DNA of 64,000 nt from positions 1,406-65,405 of the IMG/VR virus record IMGVR_UViG_3300012683_000001, one strand, 5' to 3'. A program made the translations under genes and the position numbers. The stretch is from a virus. Below are positions 1 through 10,173 of the stretch, in pieces. The notes beneath the pieces were generated by a model. That model had not been told where the DNA came from, ran no database searches, and saw only the letters and a list, made by a program, of their open reading frames with translations. Position 1 is the stretch's first letter; each line of letters starts with the position of its first letter.

Positions 1-1
1 T

Positions 2-436
2 GGCGTGGATGCGAACTGTGTTTATTATAACGGTATCTACATTCGCAATAAGCATACGCGGGCGATCAATATTTCATCGACCGGAGTAGTGGGCATCGAT
101 ATCTCTAGTGCTACTTTATCTGGTTCAGCCATAAGGTTGGCAGCTACTCAGACTCTGAGTTTTACCGTCGGTGATACTAAGACACTCCGTTATGTGGGCG
201 CTTCTGCTGGAATCGTCTTTGCCTCCACTGGCACGGACGAGATCACCTTCCTTGATGCAGGTGGGATCAAGCTGAATATGTCTGGAACACCACTTGTTAT
301 TAGTGGAACAAATTCTACAGGTGCGGCTACGCCTACATTAAGTGCTAATAAACCCGGATCGAATGGCGGCGTTAGTTTTTGGATTAGTGCAACAGTAGGA
401 GGTACTCAAGTATGGATACCAGCATTCGCAAATTAA
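2..436 (+). CDS. Tail fibre / receptor-binding protein, C-terminal part. The ORF runs off the 5' edge of the window.
   Basis: The ORF is open to position 2. Its Gly/Thr/Ser-rich beta-strand composition resembles fibre proteins, and it sits next to other fibre genes. Confidence 0.45.
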   Translation, partial: GVDANCVYYNGIYIRNKHTRAINISSTGVVGIDISSATLSGSAIRLAATQTLSFTVGDTKTLRYVGASAGIVFASTGTDEITFLDAGGIKLNMSGTPLVISGTNSTGAATPTLSANKPGSNGGVSFWISATVGGTQVWIPAFAN

Positions 437-600
437 TTTTAGAGATGCCAGAGTGGTTATTGAAGACTATTGATGATGGTTTACAGATGCTTCCATATCA
501 TACTGCTGCGCCAGCTATTAATGAAATTAATCGTCAAATTGTAAAGCAAAAAGGATTATTAGGTGGGTCGCCTGTCAAATTGGCAGACGGTTCTAATTAG
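412..600 (+). CDS. Hypothetical small protein between fibre genes.
   Basis: 62-aa ORF that overlaps the upstream gene's end. No recognisable motif. Confidence 0.3.
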   Translation: MDTSIRKLILEMPEWLLKTIDDGLQMLPYHTAAPAINEINRQIVKQKGLLGGSPVKLADGSN

Positions 601-610
601 GAGATAGCTC

Positions 611-2074
611 GTGGCAGAAACTTATAGTCCTAATCTTGGCCTTACCTTAATTGGTACCGGTGACCTTGCGGGTACGTGGGGTAATACAACTAATACCAAT
701 TTAGGGACTTTGCTAGAGCAGGCTATTAGTGGTTATCAAACACAGGCCATTACGGATGGCGCAGATACTGTTATTACGATTCCTAATGGTGCGAGCGGTG
801 TGGCTCGTAATATGTATATCGAATGTACTGGTGCATTAACAGCTAATCGTAATTTAATTGTACCAGCAAGTAATAAAATATACTTTGTTTTTAATAATAC
901 AACAGGTGGTTTTGCCGTAACAGTTAAAGTATCAGGACAGACTGGTGTATCAATTCCTAATGGTAAAAAAACTTCACTTGCTTGTAATGGGACAGATATT
1001 GTTGATGCTGTTAATTATATTTCTTCTTTAAGTCTTGGTGGGGCATTTTCTGTTACTAATCTTACTGCTTCTGGTTCTATTACAGCCGGAACTACTGTTA
1101 CAGCGACGGGAGTTATTACTGGCTCGGGATTTGTTCCAACAAGTACTGCTGCACTAAGTAGCGGATTAGGGTCGTTTGGTGGAAGTGGAGTCGCACTTTC
1201 AACAGGCGGTGTAGTTCGCTTTACATTAGATGGTGGTGGAAATGAAGTTATAACAGGTTCAATGACAGCAGCGGGGGCCTGTCAGGCACTATCATTTATT
1301 CCAACAGGTGGTGCTGCTCCTACTTTGGGAATGTATGGAACAACTAATCTAAATTTTTCGACAAATACACTTTTGCGTGGGCAGATTACTTCTAATGGTA
1401 CATGGTCTATTACTGCACCTACTGCTGGCACAGCATTAACTGTTAACGGTCTTGCAGCAGCTACAACTTTTTCTCTCGTTGCTTCCGGTACAGGAACTAT
1501 TAATAGTCTTACCGACGGGACTCGTACTGCGACTGTAGCGACGGTTGCTGGTGGGTATCAATTCAAAGTAACTTCTAACCATTCTCTGGCTTTCGGTACT
1601 AATAACCTTATTAATTGGACGATTGCAGCAACAGGTGGTTTATCTAACGTTGCCCCAGCAAGTGGTGTAGCACTAACTGTTTCTGGTGTTGCTGGTACTC
1701 ATTCTACAAAAATTGATGATAGCGCTGGAAATAATTTTAATGCTGGCTTTCTTGAATTGCCTGTTAATAATCAGGCCACACCTTATACCGCTGTTTTAGC
1801 TGATGCGGGTAAATCACTTTATTACACGGGCGCTGGCGCACCCACTTTTACAATTCCAGCGAATGCTTCAGTAGCTTACATAGTAGGTACGACATTAACC
1901 TTTGAAAATGATGCAAGTGCGGCTGTGTCAATGACGATTGCGATTACATCAGATACTTTAGTGATGTCTCCGGGCGGTTTAACAGGTTCTAGAACGTTGG
2001 CTCAGTTTGGTCGTGCGACAGCACATAAAGTATCTGCAACCCGTTGGTGGATATCAGGGAGCGGTTTGACGTGA
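611..2074 (+). CDS. Tail fibre protein (487 aa).
   Basis: RBS GGAGATAG upstream of the ATG at 611. Low-complexity G/T/S/A-rich repeats typical of fibre shafts. Confidence 0.6.
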   Translation: MAETYSPNLGLTLIGTGDLAGTWGNTTNTNLGTLLEQAISGYQTQAITDGADTVITIPNGASGVARNMYIECTGALTANRNLIVPASNKIYFVFNNTTGGFAVTVKVSGQTGVSIPNGKKTSLACNGTDIVDAVNYISSLSLGGAFSVTNLTASGSITAGTTVTATGVITGSGFVPTSTAALSSGLGSFGGSGVALSTGGVVRFTLDGGGNEVITGSMTAAGACQALSFIPTGGAAPTLGMYGTTNLNFSTNTLLRGQITSNGTWSITAPTAGTALTVNGLAAATTFSLVASGTGTINSLTDGTRTATVATVAGGYQFKVTSNHSLAFGTNNLINWTIAATGGLSNVAPASGVALTVSGVAGTHSTKIDDSAGNNFNAGFLELPVNNQATPYTAVLADAGKSLYYTGAGAPTFTIPANASVAYIVGTTLTFENDASAAVSMTIAITSDTLVMSPGGLTGSRTLAQFGRATAHKVSATRWWISGSGLT

Positions 2075-2487
2075 CAGGTAACATTGCAGTTATGATGGCG
2101 TCATTTACATATAATGCTAATTATGATGGACAGGACGTATCTCACGCTAATACAGGTGGTGTATCTTCATCAGTTAATTTTATATTGGATGGAACGTGTA
2201 TTTCATCTGGTGGTGGTAGTGGAGGTAATTTTGCTGTGAATTGGTATTTACCGACGACTGCAAATATAGGAAATAGCTATTGGGTACGAGCAACATTGTT
2301 AAGTGGTAATGCATGGTCGATAGGTACGATGGGTTCATGGATAGCTATTACGAGTACTAGAACTTGGACTTTAACTGCCGGAATTCAACTTAGAAGTAAT
2401 GATACAAAGTTTGAGATCGCTGCTGATGCAGCGGGATTAAATATTGTATATACAGGACATATTACAGCAACAGCAGATGGTACTTAA
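2044..2487 (+). CDS. Tail fibre-associated protein, a distal or assembly component.
   Basis: Overlaps the upstream stop. A GTG at 2071 overlaps the TGA as GTGA. Gly/Ser-rich. Confidence 0.4.
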   Translation: MVDIRERFDVTGNIAVMMASFTYNANYDGQDVSHANTGGVSSSVNFILDGTCISSGGGSGGNFAVNWYLPTTANIGNSYWVRATLLSGNAWSIGTMGSWIAITSTRTWTLTAGIQLRSNDTKFEIAADAAGLNIVYTGHITATADGT

Positions 2488-2650
2488 GTGGGTAGTAGTA
2501 ATAGACATGGTAAACATAGGGACTTATCCAAATTAGTTCAGGAATTGAATGATTATGGCAATATAAACTCTAAACATCGAAAGATATTATTTGAAGGAAT
2601 TCAAGAGCTACGTGAAATGTTAGAAATTAGATATAAAGAAGGACTTCTTA

Positions 2651-3085
2651 ATGACTCCAGAAGATCAAGCTAGATTACTCGCCCAGTTAAAAGTGGATGA
2701 GGGATGTAGACTTTATGCTTATTCCGATTCACTTGGCTTTTTAACTATTGGTTATGGACGATTAATTGATAGGAAAAAAGGCGGTCAAATTAGTCAAGGA
2801 GAAGCTGAGTATTTATTGGGTAATGATATTAACCGTACTGAAAATGAATTATCCCAATATGGATGGTTTAATGCTCAGGATAGTGTTCGACAAGCTGCAT
2901 TGGCAGATATGGCTTTTAATCTTGGCACAATGGGTCTTCTTCACTTTCCTCATTTCCTTGGATATTTACAAGCGAAGGATTATGTCAACGCTGTAAAAGA
3001 ACTTATTGATACTCCTTGGCGCGTGCAAGTGGGGGTACGTGCAGATCGGATTATCAAACTTATTGAAACAGGAGTATGGCCATGA
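2651..3085 (+). CDS. Endolysin, T4-type lysozyme (glycoside hydrolase family 24).
   Basis: Motifs DEGCRLYAYSDSLGFLTIGYG and C-terminal RADRIIKLIETGVW align with T4 lysozyme ([21 protein letters not shown] ... RAKRVITTFRTGTW). Confidence 0.9.
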   Translation: MTPEDQARLLAQLKVDEGCRLYAYSDSLGFLTIGYGRLIDRKKGGQISQGEAEYLLGNDINRTENELSQYGWFNAQDSVRQAALADMAFNLGTMGLLHFPHFLGYLQAKDYVNAVKELIDTPWRVQVGVRADRIIKLIETGVWP

Positions 3086-3235
3086 CATTTAGAACTATTT
3101 TGGAGATTCTAGGCGCTATTATCCTTGTTGTAGGTACACTTTTAGTAGCTCGTAGAAATCCTAAAATTACTGATGAGGCACAGAAGCTTACAGATGCAGC
3201 AATTGCTGCTATTGAAAAGAAACCATCCAAATGAA
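3083..3235 (+). CDS. Small single-TM protein, holin/antiholin candidate (50 aa).
   Basis: ATGA overlap with the lysozyme stop. Hydrophobic core ILGAIILVVGTLLVA. Lies inside the lysis cassette. Confidence 0.4.
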
Positions 3236-3446
3236 AATTGCTAGTGATGATATTGCTGGAATCATTACAGCAGCAACCGGATTTATAGTTGCTATAGCTG
3301 GATCAGTAACTAGTATTGTTATATTAATACGTCAAAATAGGAAAGCTGAAGAACACAATACTGCTATTCGTTCAGATATTGCAGAATTAAAAGCTGTGAC
3401 TGGTAATTATAAAACTTTGAGTGATACTAAAAAAGATGGACCCTAA
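3231..3446 (+). CDS. TM protein, holin candidate (71 aa).
   Basis: N-terminal TM segment IAGIITAATGFIVAIAGSVTSIVILI followed by a charged tail. Confidence 0.4.
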   Translation: MKIASDDIAGIITAATGFIVAIAGSVTSIVILIRQNRKAEEHNTAIRSDIAELKAVTGNYKTLSDTKKDGP

Positions 3447-3792
3447 GTTTCAACCTATTGAACCAACGTTTGAAACTACGCTTACTGATGTAAGTGAGTT
3501 ACGACGTAAGTTTGCAGCACAGGATACTAATGATTGGCCTAGATATAAACTAATCGTTATTAATGCTGTGACTTCAGGTCAACGACTTGAACAACGTATG
3601 GCTAATGCAGAGGTACAAATAGAACATAAGTTAGCAAGGAAAACCGCAGTAGATAATCTTGCAGATGATGTAAATGTGCTAAAGAATTCAGCAGCAGGTA
3701 GAAAAAGTTTTATAAAACGGTGGGGTGGACGGCTATGGACAATTTTTTTAGTGCTATTCACCGCGTATCTTACAAAAAGGTTTGGACGATGA
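3421..3792 (+). CDS. Hypothetical protein with a C-terminal TM segment.
   Basis: 123-aa ORF with C-terminal WTIFLVLFTAYL. Translationally coupled to the next ORF. Confidence 0.35.
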   Translation: MILKKMDPKFQPIEPTFETTLTDVSELRRKFAAQDTNDWPRYKLIVINAVTSGQRLEQRMANAEVQIEHKLARKTAVDNLADDVNVLKNSAAGRKSFIKRWGGRLWTIFLVLFTAYLTKRFGR

Positions 3793-3983
3793 ATAACGAT
3801 ACTGATAAAAAATTGGACCAATTAAGTAAAGATATAAAAGAAGGCCATGCTTCTTTACAGCATCGACATGACCACGCTGATGCTGAAATGAAATATTTAC
3901 ATCATAAAACGGATCGACTTAGAAGTTTTCTTTATACCTTATGGAAGGCTGTTACAGATATTTTTAAGAAAAATCATGAATAG
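3789..3983 (+). CDS. Hypothetical His-rich small protein.
   Basis: ATGA overlap with the upstream stop. The ATG at 3789 is taken as the start rather than the longer 3720 ORF. Confidence 0.3.
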   Translation: MNNDTDKKLDQLSKDIKEGHASLQHRHDHADAEMKYLHHKTDRLRSFLYTLWKAVTDIFKKNHE

Positions 3984-4422
3984 GCTATTTATAGAGATTC
4001 TTATTGCAGCAGCTCTTTTTGGGGCTGGTATTGTATGGTTAGACCGTCATGACGCAGCCCAGCAGGCTATTGGTGAAAAGAATATTAAAGACGCGGATAA
4101 GGCTGGCGTAGAACGCCAGAAAAAGATAGATGACGTAAAGATTGCTGATGCAGGAAGGATAAAAGCCAATGAACTTCAAGAGATTAAAGATCGTTATTCA
4201 GTTGGTCCTGTTAAACTTACTTCTCATATCGTGTGCCACAGCACCGTCCCATTCAGTACCAGCATCGAGACCCAATTACACGGTAGTGAAGGTGGACCCA
4301 CCGTTGACAGGACTGGACACGATGACGTGCATCCAGACATCAGCTACGCCCTTAAAGTGTTTGCCCATCGACTGGATCAACTCAATGCCGAAGCCCGACA
4401 ATTGAATAATGAGACACATTGA
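3976..4422 (+). CDS. i-spanin (Rz-like inner-membrane spanin).
   Basis: N-terminal TM segment LFIEILIAAALFGAGIVWL followed by a charged periplasmic domain. Contains an embedded lipoprotein gene in the +1 frame. Confidence 0.65.
   Translation: MNRLFIEILIAAALFGAGIVWLDRHDAAQQAIGEKNIKDADKAGVERQKKIDDVKIADAGRIKANELQEIKDRYSVGPVKLTSHIVCHSTVPFSTSIETQLHGSEGGPTVDRTGHDDVHPDISYALKVFAHRLDQLNAEARQLNNETH
4169..4405 (+). CDS. o-spanin (Rz1-like outer-membrane lipoprotein), embedded in the i-spanin gene.
   Basis: Signal peptide MNFKRLKIVIQLVLLNLLLISC with lipobox L-I-S-C and a Pro-rich mature part. In a different frame and entirely inside 3976..4422. Confidence 0.65.
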   Translation: MNFKRLKIVIQLVLLNLLLISCATAPSHSVPASRPNYTVVKVDPPLTGLDTMTCIQTSATPLKCLPIDWINSMPKPDN

Positions 4423-4521
4423 AGTATGGAACAACGACATGGACATCATCATTATCATTATGCAGCAAGGTCGATAATACTTGCAATGACTGACGTTTTT
4501 ATTAATGTAAAGGAGAATTTT

Positions 4522-4827
4522 ATGCAGGTTAATTTGACGTGGACAACCCCATCTACACGGATTGATGGCACGCCATTAGCGCTGACTGATATTCAGGCAA
4601 CTAATGTATTTCGTAATGGTTCAGTTGTTGGTTCTCCGATTACTGTTTCTGGTGCAATGATGTTTACAGATATATCTCCATTAACAGGTTCAAATGATTA
4701 TGAAGTAGAGACAGTAACTATAGATGGATTAGTATCAGCACCATCTAATATAGTGACGATTGTTGTTATGGTGGCTAATCCCGCAGCAGCAATTACTGAT
4801 TTGGCGGGAGTTTTGGTTACTCCTTAA
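4522..4827 (+). CDS. FN3/Ig-like structural protein.
   Basis: Strong RBS AAGGAG 7 nt upstream of the ATG at 4522. Beta-rich sequence NLTWTTPSTRIDGTPL. Confidence 0.4.
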   Translation: MQVNLTWTTPSTRIDGTPLALTDIQATNVFRNGSVVGSPITVSGAMMFTDISPLTGSNDYEVETVTIDGLVSAPSNIVTIVVMVANPAAAITDLAGVLVTP

Positions 4828-4840
4828 CTGAGTTAATTTA

Positions 4841-7423
4841 ATGCCATTAGTTAAAGTTCAATTTAAGCCCGGCATAAATAAAGAAGTGACGGTTTATGCC
4901 AATGAGGGTGGCTGGGTCAATTGCGATAAGACCCGGTTTCGTGTGGGTTATCCAGAGAAGCTGGGTGGTTGGATCACTTATCCACAAGCCAACTGGAACA
5001 TGACCTATAACGGTGTGGCTCGTTCGATGTTTAATTGGGTGGATTTTAATAGTAATAATTTACTTGCATTAGGAACTAATCAAGCATTTTATGTAGAGAA
5101 TGGCGGAGCTTATTACGATATTACACCTATCGCTAACTATCAAAATAATTATTTAGGTGTAGCAACTGCAACGACTTTAGGGGCTAATCCTATTGCTACG
5201 GTGACTGGCAGTAAATTAATTACGGTTACTGATGCTACATTCCAGTCTACTATAGGTACTTATGTTGTTCTTACAATTACAAAGGCAGCGGGGGTTACAT
5301 TTGGTGCTGCAAGTCAAACTGTTACCGTACCTGATTTTTATGGTGTAGATGTTGGAGAAACTATTACCGGAACCAATATTCCCGCAGGAACGACAATTAC
5401 GGCGGTTAATACGGGCGCGAGCACTGTTACGATTTCTAATCCTACGGCGGGCGTTAATGCAGGCGCCTATGTATTTAGTGGGTTGTTTGAAATTGTTGCA
5501 TCACCCACTGCAACGACTTACAACCTAATTACAACTTATGCTCAACCTGCCACGGGTTCAGGTGGTACGACAACAACAGTGCTCTATCACATTAATGCGG
5601 GAAGTGCTACCCAAGCGACAGGTACGGGATGGGGCATTGGACCATGGGGAGCAGGCGGATGGGGGAGTGCATTAAGTGTCTCTATTCCATTGCAATTGTG
5701 GAATCAGGTGAATTACAACCAAGATTTAATCATGGCTTTACGTGGTGGAGCGATTTATTACTGGGTTAATTCAGTAGGAACTTATGTTCCTGCGATTACA
5801 ATTAATCAGTACGCAGGGGGACAGATAAAAGGTGCTGCGACTCAAACCATTACAACAGGTGGCGTGACAGCGGGTGGAAATGCAATTACGGTGACGAATT
5901 CTACTTTTATAGATATCGGGTCTTATATCAGTGGAACCAATATCACTCCCGGAACTTATGTGACTTCTGCGGGTGGTACGGCAATTACATTATCGGCAGC
6001 GACATTAGGTGCGATGTCTGGAACTTATAATTTTAGTTATTCAGGTTTGACGGCACCGAATGAGGTTTATCAAATTGTAACAAATAGTGTTTATGGATTT
6101 GTGGTTGCGATGGGGTCTACTCCTTATAGTCCAATTGTTAGCGGTAATGTTTTACAACAACCTCAATTTGATCCTATGAGAGTAAGATGGTCTGATCAGA
6201 GTCTGCCTGCTGAATGGACACCGACAACGTATAACCAATCAGGTGAGCAGCGGTTATCTAATGGATCATTTATCATTGGGTCAGTAAATACTCGGCAGGA
6301 AATCCTAATTTGGACAGATCAATCTTTGTATTCGATGCAATATATTGGACCACCTTATACATTCGGGTTTACATCCTTAATGGATAATATTTCATGTATG
6401 TCACCCAATTGTATGGTGACGATAGGTGGTGTGACTTACTGGATGGGTATCGATAAATTTTATATTTATGCTGGTACTGTTAATACTTTGCCATGTACTT
6501 TACGTAAATTTATATTCCAGAATATTAATTTTAGTCAGACTTATCAGATTGTCGCAGGATATAACGAACGGTACAACGAGATTTGGTGGTTGTATCCCTC
6601 TCTGAATAGCCAGACCAATGATAGTTATGTGGTTTATAACTACATGGAAAATTTTTGGTACTACGGCACGTTGAATCGAACTTTCTGGTTTGATTCATCG
6701 TTACGGCAATATCCGATGGCAGCTTATGGTACTCAAAGTACTTATTTGTCGTTAGCTATAAATTCTACAGCTAACTCATTTCAAGTTATTAATGCAACTA
6801 CTTATCCGAATACGCTGCAATATGGTGCAACAGTTATTGGGGTTTTACAAATTGATAATGAACTAATGACCTATACCGGAATTACAGGAAATGTATTTTT
6901 GGGTGTAACTCGTGGAGCTTATGGGACAACAGCGGCTTCACATGTTATTTATAGTAAAGTTTTAAATGCCATTCCTAATCAAGTCATGTTCCATGAATTG
7001 GGTACAGATGATCAATCTTATTCAACTGTCATAGGAACCGCATTATCTAGCCTACAACCTATTAATTCTTATATAGAATCCGCAGATTTTGCGATTGGTG
7101 ATGGTCAACATTATGGATTTGTGTGGCGGGCATTACCCGATTTCAATTTTAATATAGGTGCACCTAATGGTTCTACAGTGACTAATCCTCAAATCCTATT
7201 AACTGTTTATCCACGACAAAATTCAGGTACTACTTATCAAAGTAATGTGGATCAGCCAACTGTGACAGGCAGTTCCTCTTCTCCAGTAGAGCAGTTCACG
7301 GGGCAGATCTATACTCGCGTGCGCGGACGACAATTGGCGTTTCAAATCAATTCGTCTAATCAGGGTGTATTTTGGCAGATGGGTGCGATGCGGTTTGATA
7401 TCCGACCGGATGGCAGGCGATGA
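4841..7423 (+). CDS. Large tail protein (860 aa), tail tubular or tailspike-like.
   Basis: Size, beta-rich G/T/N composition, and position in the tail module. Confidence 0.55.
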   Translation: MPLVKVQFKPGINKEVTVYANEGGWVNCDKTRFRVGYPEKLGGWITYPQANWNMTYNGVARSMFNWVDFNSNNLLALGTNQAFYVENGGAYYDITPIANYQNNYLGVATATTLGANPIATVTGSKLITVTDATFQSTIGTYVVLTITKAAGVTFGAASQTVTVPDFYGVDVGETITGTNIPAGTTITAVNTGASTVTISNPTAGVNAGAYVFSGLFEIVASPTATTYNLITTYAQPATGSGGTTTTVLYHINAGSATQATGTGWGIGPWGAGGWGSALSVSIPLQLWNQVNYNQDLIMALRGGAIYYWVNSVGTYVPAITINQYAGGQIKGAATQTITTGGVTAGGNAITVTNSTFIDIGSYISGTNITPGTYVTSAGGTAITLSAATLGAMSGTYNFSYSGLTAPNEVYQIVTNSVYGFVVAMGSTPYSPIVSGNVLQQPQFDPMRVRWSDQSLPAEWTPTTYNQSGEQRLSNGSFIIGSVNTRQEILIWTDQSLYSMQYIGPPYTFGFTSLMDNISCMSPNCMVTIGGVTYWMGIDKFYIYAGTVNTLPCTLRKFIFQNINFSQTYQIVAGYNERYNEIWWLYPSLNSQTNDSYVVYNYMENFWYYGTLNRTFWFDSSLRQYPMAAYGTQSTYLSLAINSTANSFQVINATTYPNTLQYGATVIGVLQIDNELMTYTGITGNVFLGVTRGAYGTTAASHVIYSKVLNAIPNQVMFHELGTDDQSYSTVIGTALSSLQPINSYIESADFAIGDGQHYGFVWRALPDFNFNIGAPNGSTVTNPQILLTVYPRQNSGTTYQSNVDQPTVTGSSSSPVEQFTGQIYTRVRGRQLAFQINSSNQGVFWQMGAMRFDIRPDGRR

Positions 7424-7782
7424 TCAATACCTTAGTTCCATTACCGGTTGTTTCTCCCAATCTGCCGATACCGACGCAGGCGTATCAGAGCAGCTATCAA
7501 ACGGCGTTTAATAATATTTTACGGTTGTTTAATGATCGAGTGGCAACCACTATTAATGCCAACACCGTAGAGTTGGCCTCAATTATAGGCGGTACGGTGA
7601 CTTTCAATGCTGCCGTGACGGCGACAGTGACGTTTCTAAAGGCGATGCCCAGTACGATTTATTACATTGGGTTGGGTGGGAATGCCGCAGGGTATTGCTG
7701 GTATACCAATAAATCACTTACAGGATTCACTATTAATTGTTCAGTCGCAAATTCCAATAGTACAGATTGGATTGTTGTTTAA
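7420..7782 (+). CDS. Virion structural protein (120 aa).
   Basis: Overlaps the upstream stop (ATGA). Lies in the structural operon. Confidence 0.4.
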   Translation: MINTLVPLPVVSPNLPIPTQAYQSSYQTAFNNILRLFNDRVATTINANTVELASIIGGTVTFNAAVTATVTFLKAMPSTIYYIGLGGNAAGYCWYTNKSLTGFTINCSVANSNSTDWIVV

Positions 7783-7791
7783 GGAAATCCT

Positions 7792-10173
7792 ATGTCTAGC
7801 CATATGCTTCATCCCCAAGGCCAGTCTCAACATTTCAATATGGCGCGGGGTCTTGCAGCGCTCGGGCGTGGCCCTGACTCACAACTGGTCCACATGTCCA
7901 ATAGTGAGATCGGCGGCCTGCAACATCTGGCTCATATGCATGGGGGATCACTCACGCGGAATCCGCGAACTGGATTAGTTGAAGCAGGTTGGTTAAGCGC
8001 GATCTTACCTGATCTCATCGGTGCAGCTTTAGTCGCTACCGGCGTAGGTGCCCCCTTGGCTGGATTGATCGTCGGTGCAGGGGATACGGCGATTACAGGA
8101 GACTGGAAACAAGGTTTGATGGCGGGTCTCGGTGCATTTGGTGGTGGGCAACTCGCGGGGGGTTTAGCTGGGCTGGGAGCTACAGGTGGTGCGGGCGCTG
8201 ATGCGGCGGCAACGACAGGAGCCGGAGCCGGTGCTGCGGATGCAACGACAGGTATTGCCACTCAAACGCCGGGAACTTTTGGAAGTTTAGGCGCATTAGG
8301 GGGTACGCCCAGCGGACTTGGAACGTTGGGAACCCTCTCAGGTGATGCTGCGGCTCCCACTGCGCTTTCATCAGTAGCAAGTCAGGCGGCACCTAGTTTA
8401 GCGACCAGTGGTACAACAGGAGCTTTAGCAGATGCGTCTGCTGCAAGCGCTACACCACTTCCTACTCCAACAGCGGGTATTGCTCCAGCACCCGATCCGA
8501 ATCAGATTGTTCAGAGTGGTATTAACCCTAAAACGGGTGCTATTCAATACTCTACTCAAGCACAACTGGATGCTACCCGAGCCACTGCGGCACGGGCTGC
8601 GGCGATCAGGAATGGTGCAGCTAATCTAGGCCAAAATAGTTTTATGACTAATGTTGGAAATATGGGTAGAGGTATTGGAGATTTGGCAGGACAAGGCAGT
8701 GGAACCGCAGGCCAATCCTTGAATGCTTTAACAGGGTCAGGTATTGGTAAATTTGATATGGCGGCTGCCGCTGCGCCGGGTATCTACGGTTCAATTACAG
8801 CACAGGAAGATGCTTTGAAGGCACAGGAAAAAGCCGCGCATCCGCCTGTGACGTTAAATTACATGAAATATCATCCGGGGACACCTAACCCCGCTTATGG
8901 CACTTATGGCGTAGGTCAGCTTCCCTTAGAAGGTCAAGGTTACACTTCTGCGGGGACAGGTGTTTATCAGCCTCCTTATATTGGCATGCGTGAAGGCGGT
9001 GGGATTAGAAATCTGTCTTTTGGCGGTAGTCTTTTAAGTGCTTTGGACCCAATGAGAGGAATAGCAATTCCGGGGGTGCGTCATTGGACTGAAGATAAAT
9101 TATCTAGCATGTTAGCTAATGACTCACCAACTGTGGCTCGATTATCATCTGATTTTTTGGGGCCTACTGTAGCGGGTGAGACTCGTGGAAAAATTGATGC
9201 GAATCATGCGGCTAATGCTGCCATGTTGGGTTATGGACCTGAAACATTATATGGTCAATCGTATGATCCTGCGACGGGAAGGTTTAGTAGTACGGGGAGT
9301 AATACTTACCAACCTCCTCTTCCTAATGCTCACGGTGGAATGATTCATTACGATACGGGTGGTATTACAGCCAACCCCGCATTGACCGCTGCTAATACAG
9401 CACCTCCTCCGATGAATAACCCCAATATGGGTCCGCCACAGGCGCAACCCCAGTCATCGTTTACGCCTGCTCCTGTGATGGCTCAACAGGGTCAAAGTAT
9501 TGCACAGCCCCCTAGTCCACAAATGGCTGCGTATTATCAAGGGTTGATGCAGCCGCCTGCGCAACCGCAGGTTCCACCGGCTCCCCCCTCTACGGCATGG
9601 GATAGTTATTTATCAAGTTTAAATCAGAGATTGCAACCTCCGCCTCCACCGCCCCCGCCACCTGCGGTGGGACCGGGGAGTACGCCTCATCCTGTGATGG
9701 GTGGTGGTCATAATGGTCTTCGTATTCCTTATAGTGGTGGTGCTAGTGGTATAGGTGGTGGGGGGTCTTATTACAATCCTTCTACACAGACCTACACCCC
9801 TTACAGTCATCAGAGCACCGGTATCAGTACACCCGGCGTAGGGACCCCCGCTTATGGTGGTGGATTTGCTACAGGAGGGATGGCTCATGGAGGTCTGGGT
9901 TGCTACTCCGATGGTGGTCATTTACTTAGAGGTCCCGGTGATGGGATGAGCGATTCGATCCCTGCTGAAATTACAGGCGGTAAACCACAGCAAGCTGCAC
10001 TTGCAGACGGTGAATTTGTCATTCCTGCTGATGTGGTTTCTCACTTGGGCAATGGTTCTACAGAAGCAGGATCTAAACGACTTTATGCCATGATGGATCA
10101 TGTGCGGCGAGCGCGGACAGGCAAGGAATCTCAAGCTCCTGCGATTAAACCCAATAAGTTTATGCCCGCATGA
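7792..10173 (+). CDS. Internal virion / tail protein, Gly/Ala/Pro-rich (793 aa).
   Basis: Low-complexity G/A/T stretches, a PPPPPPPPP run, and a conserved C-terminal block. Confidence 0.5.
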   Translation: MSSHMLHPQGQSQHFNMARGLAALGRGPDSQLVHMSNSEIGGLQHLAHMHGGSLTRNPRTGLVEAGWLSAILPDLIGAALVATGVGAPLAGLIVGAGDTAITGDWKQGLMAGLGAFGGGQLAGGLAGLGATGGAGADAAATTGAGAGAADATTGIATQTPGTFGSLGALGGTPSGLGTLGTLSGDAAAPTALSSVASQAAPSLATSGTTGALADASAASATPLPTPTAGIAPAPDPNQIVQSGINPKTGAIQYSTQAQLDATRATAARAAAIRNGAANLGQNSFMTNVGNMGRGIGDLAGQGSGTAGQSLNALTGSGIGKFDMAAAAAPGIYGSITAQEDALKAQEKAAHPPVTLNYMKYHPGTPNPAYGTYGVGQLPLEGQGYTSAGTGVYQPPYIGMREGGGIRNLSFGGSLLSALDPMRGIAIPGVRHWTEDKLSSMLANDSPTVARLSSDFLGPTVAGETRGKIDANHAANAAMLGYGPETLYGQSYDPATGRFSSTGSNTYQPPLPNAHGGMIHYDTGGITANPALTAANTAPPPMNNPNMGPPQAQPQSSFTPAPVMAQQGQSIAQPPSPQMAAYYQGLMQPPAQPQVPPAPPSTAWDSYLSSLNQRLQPPPPPPPPPAVGPGSTPHPVMGGGHNGLRIPYSGGASGIGGGGSYYNPSTQTYTPYSHQSTGISTPGVGTPAYGGGFATGGMAHGGLGCYSDGGHLLRGPGDGMSDSIPAEITGGKPQQAALADGEFVIPADVVSHLGNGSTEAGSKRLYAMMDHVRRARTGKESQAPAIKPNKFMPA

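Noticed and set aside
3720-3983. The longer 87-aa version of the ORF starting at 3720.
   Set aside because: It overlaps 3421..3792 in another frame. The ATG at 3789 has an ATGA stop/start overlap typical of this operon, so the shorter form is preferred.
4426-4521. His-rich N-terminal extension (MEQRHGHHHYHY...) of the 4426..4827 ORF.
   Set aside because: A strong RBS, AAGGAG, sits immediately before the internal ATG at 4522. The extension overlaps the spanin gene end and is probably not translated.
7932-9921. - strand ORFs inside the Gly/Ala/Pro-rich internal virion protein gene (7932..8261, 8180..8392, 9247..9447, 9619..9921).
   Set aside because: They are artefacts of low-complexity GC-rich coding sequence on the opposite strand.
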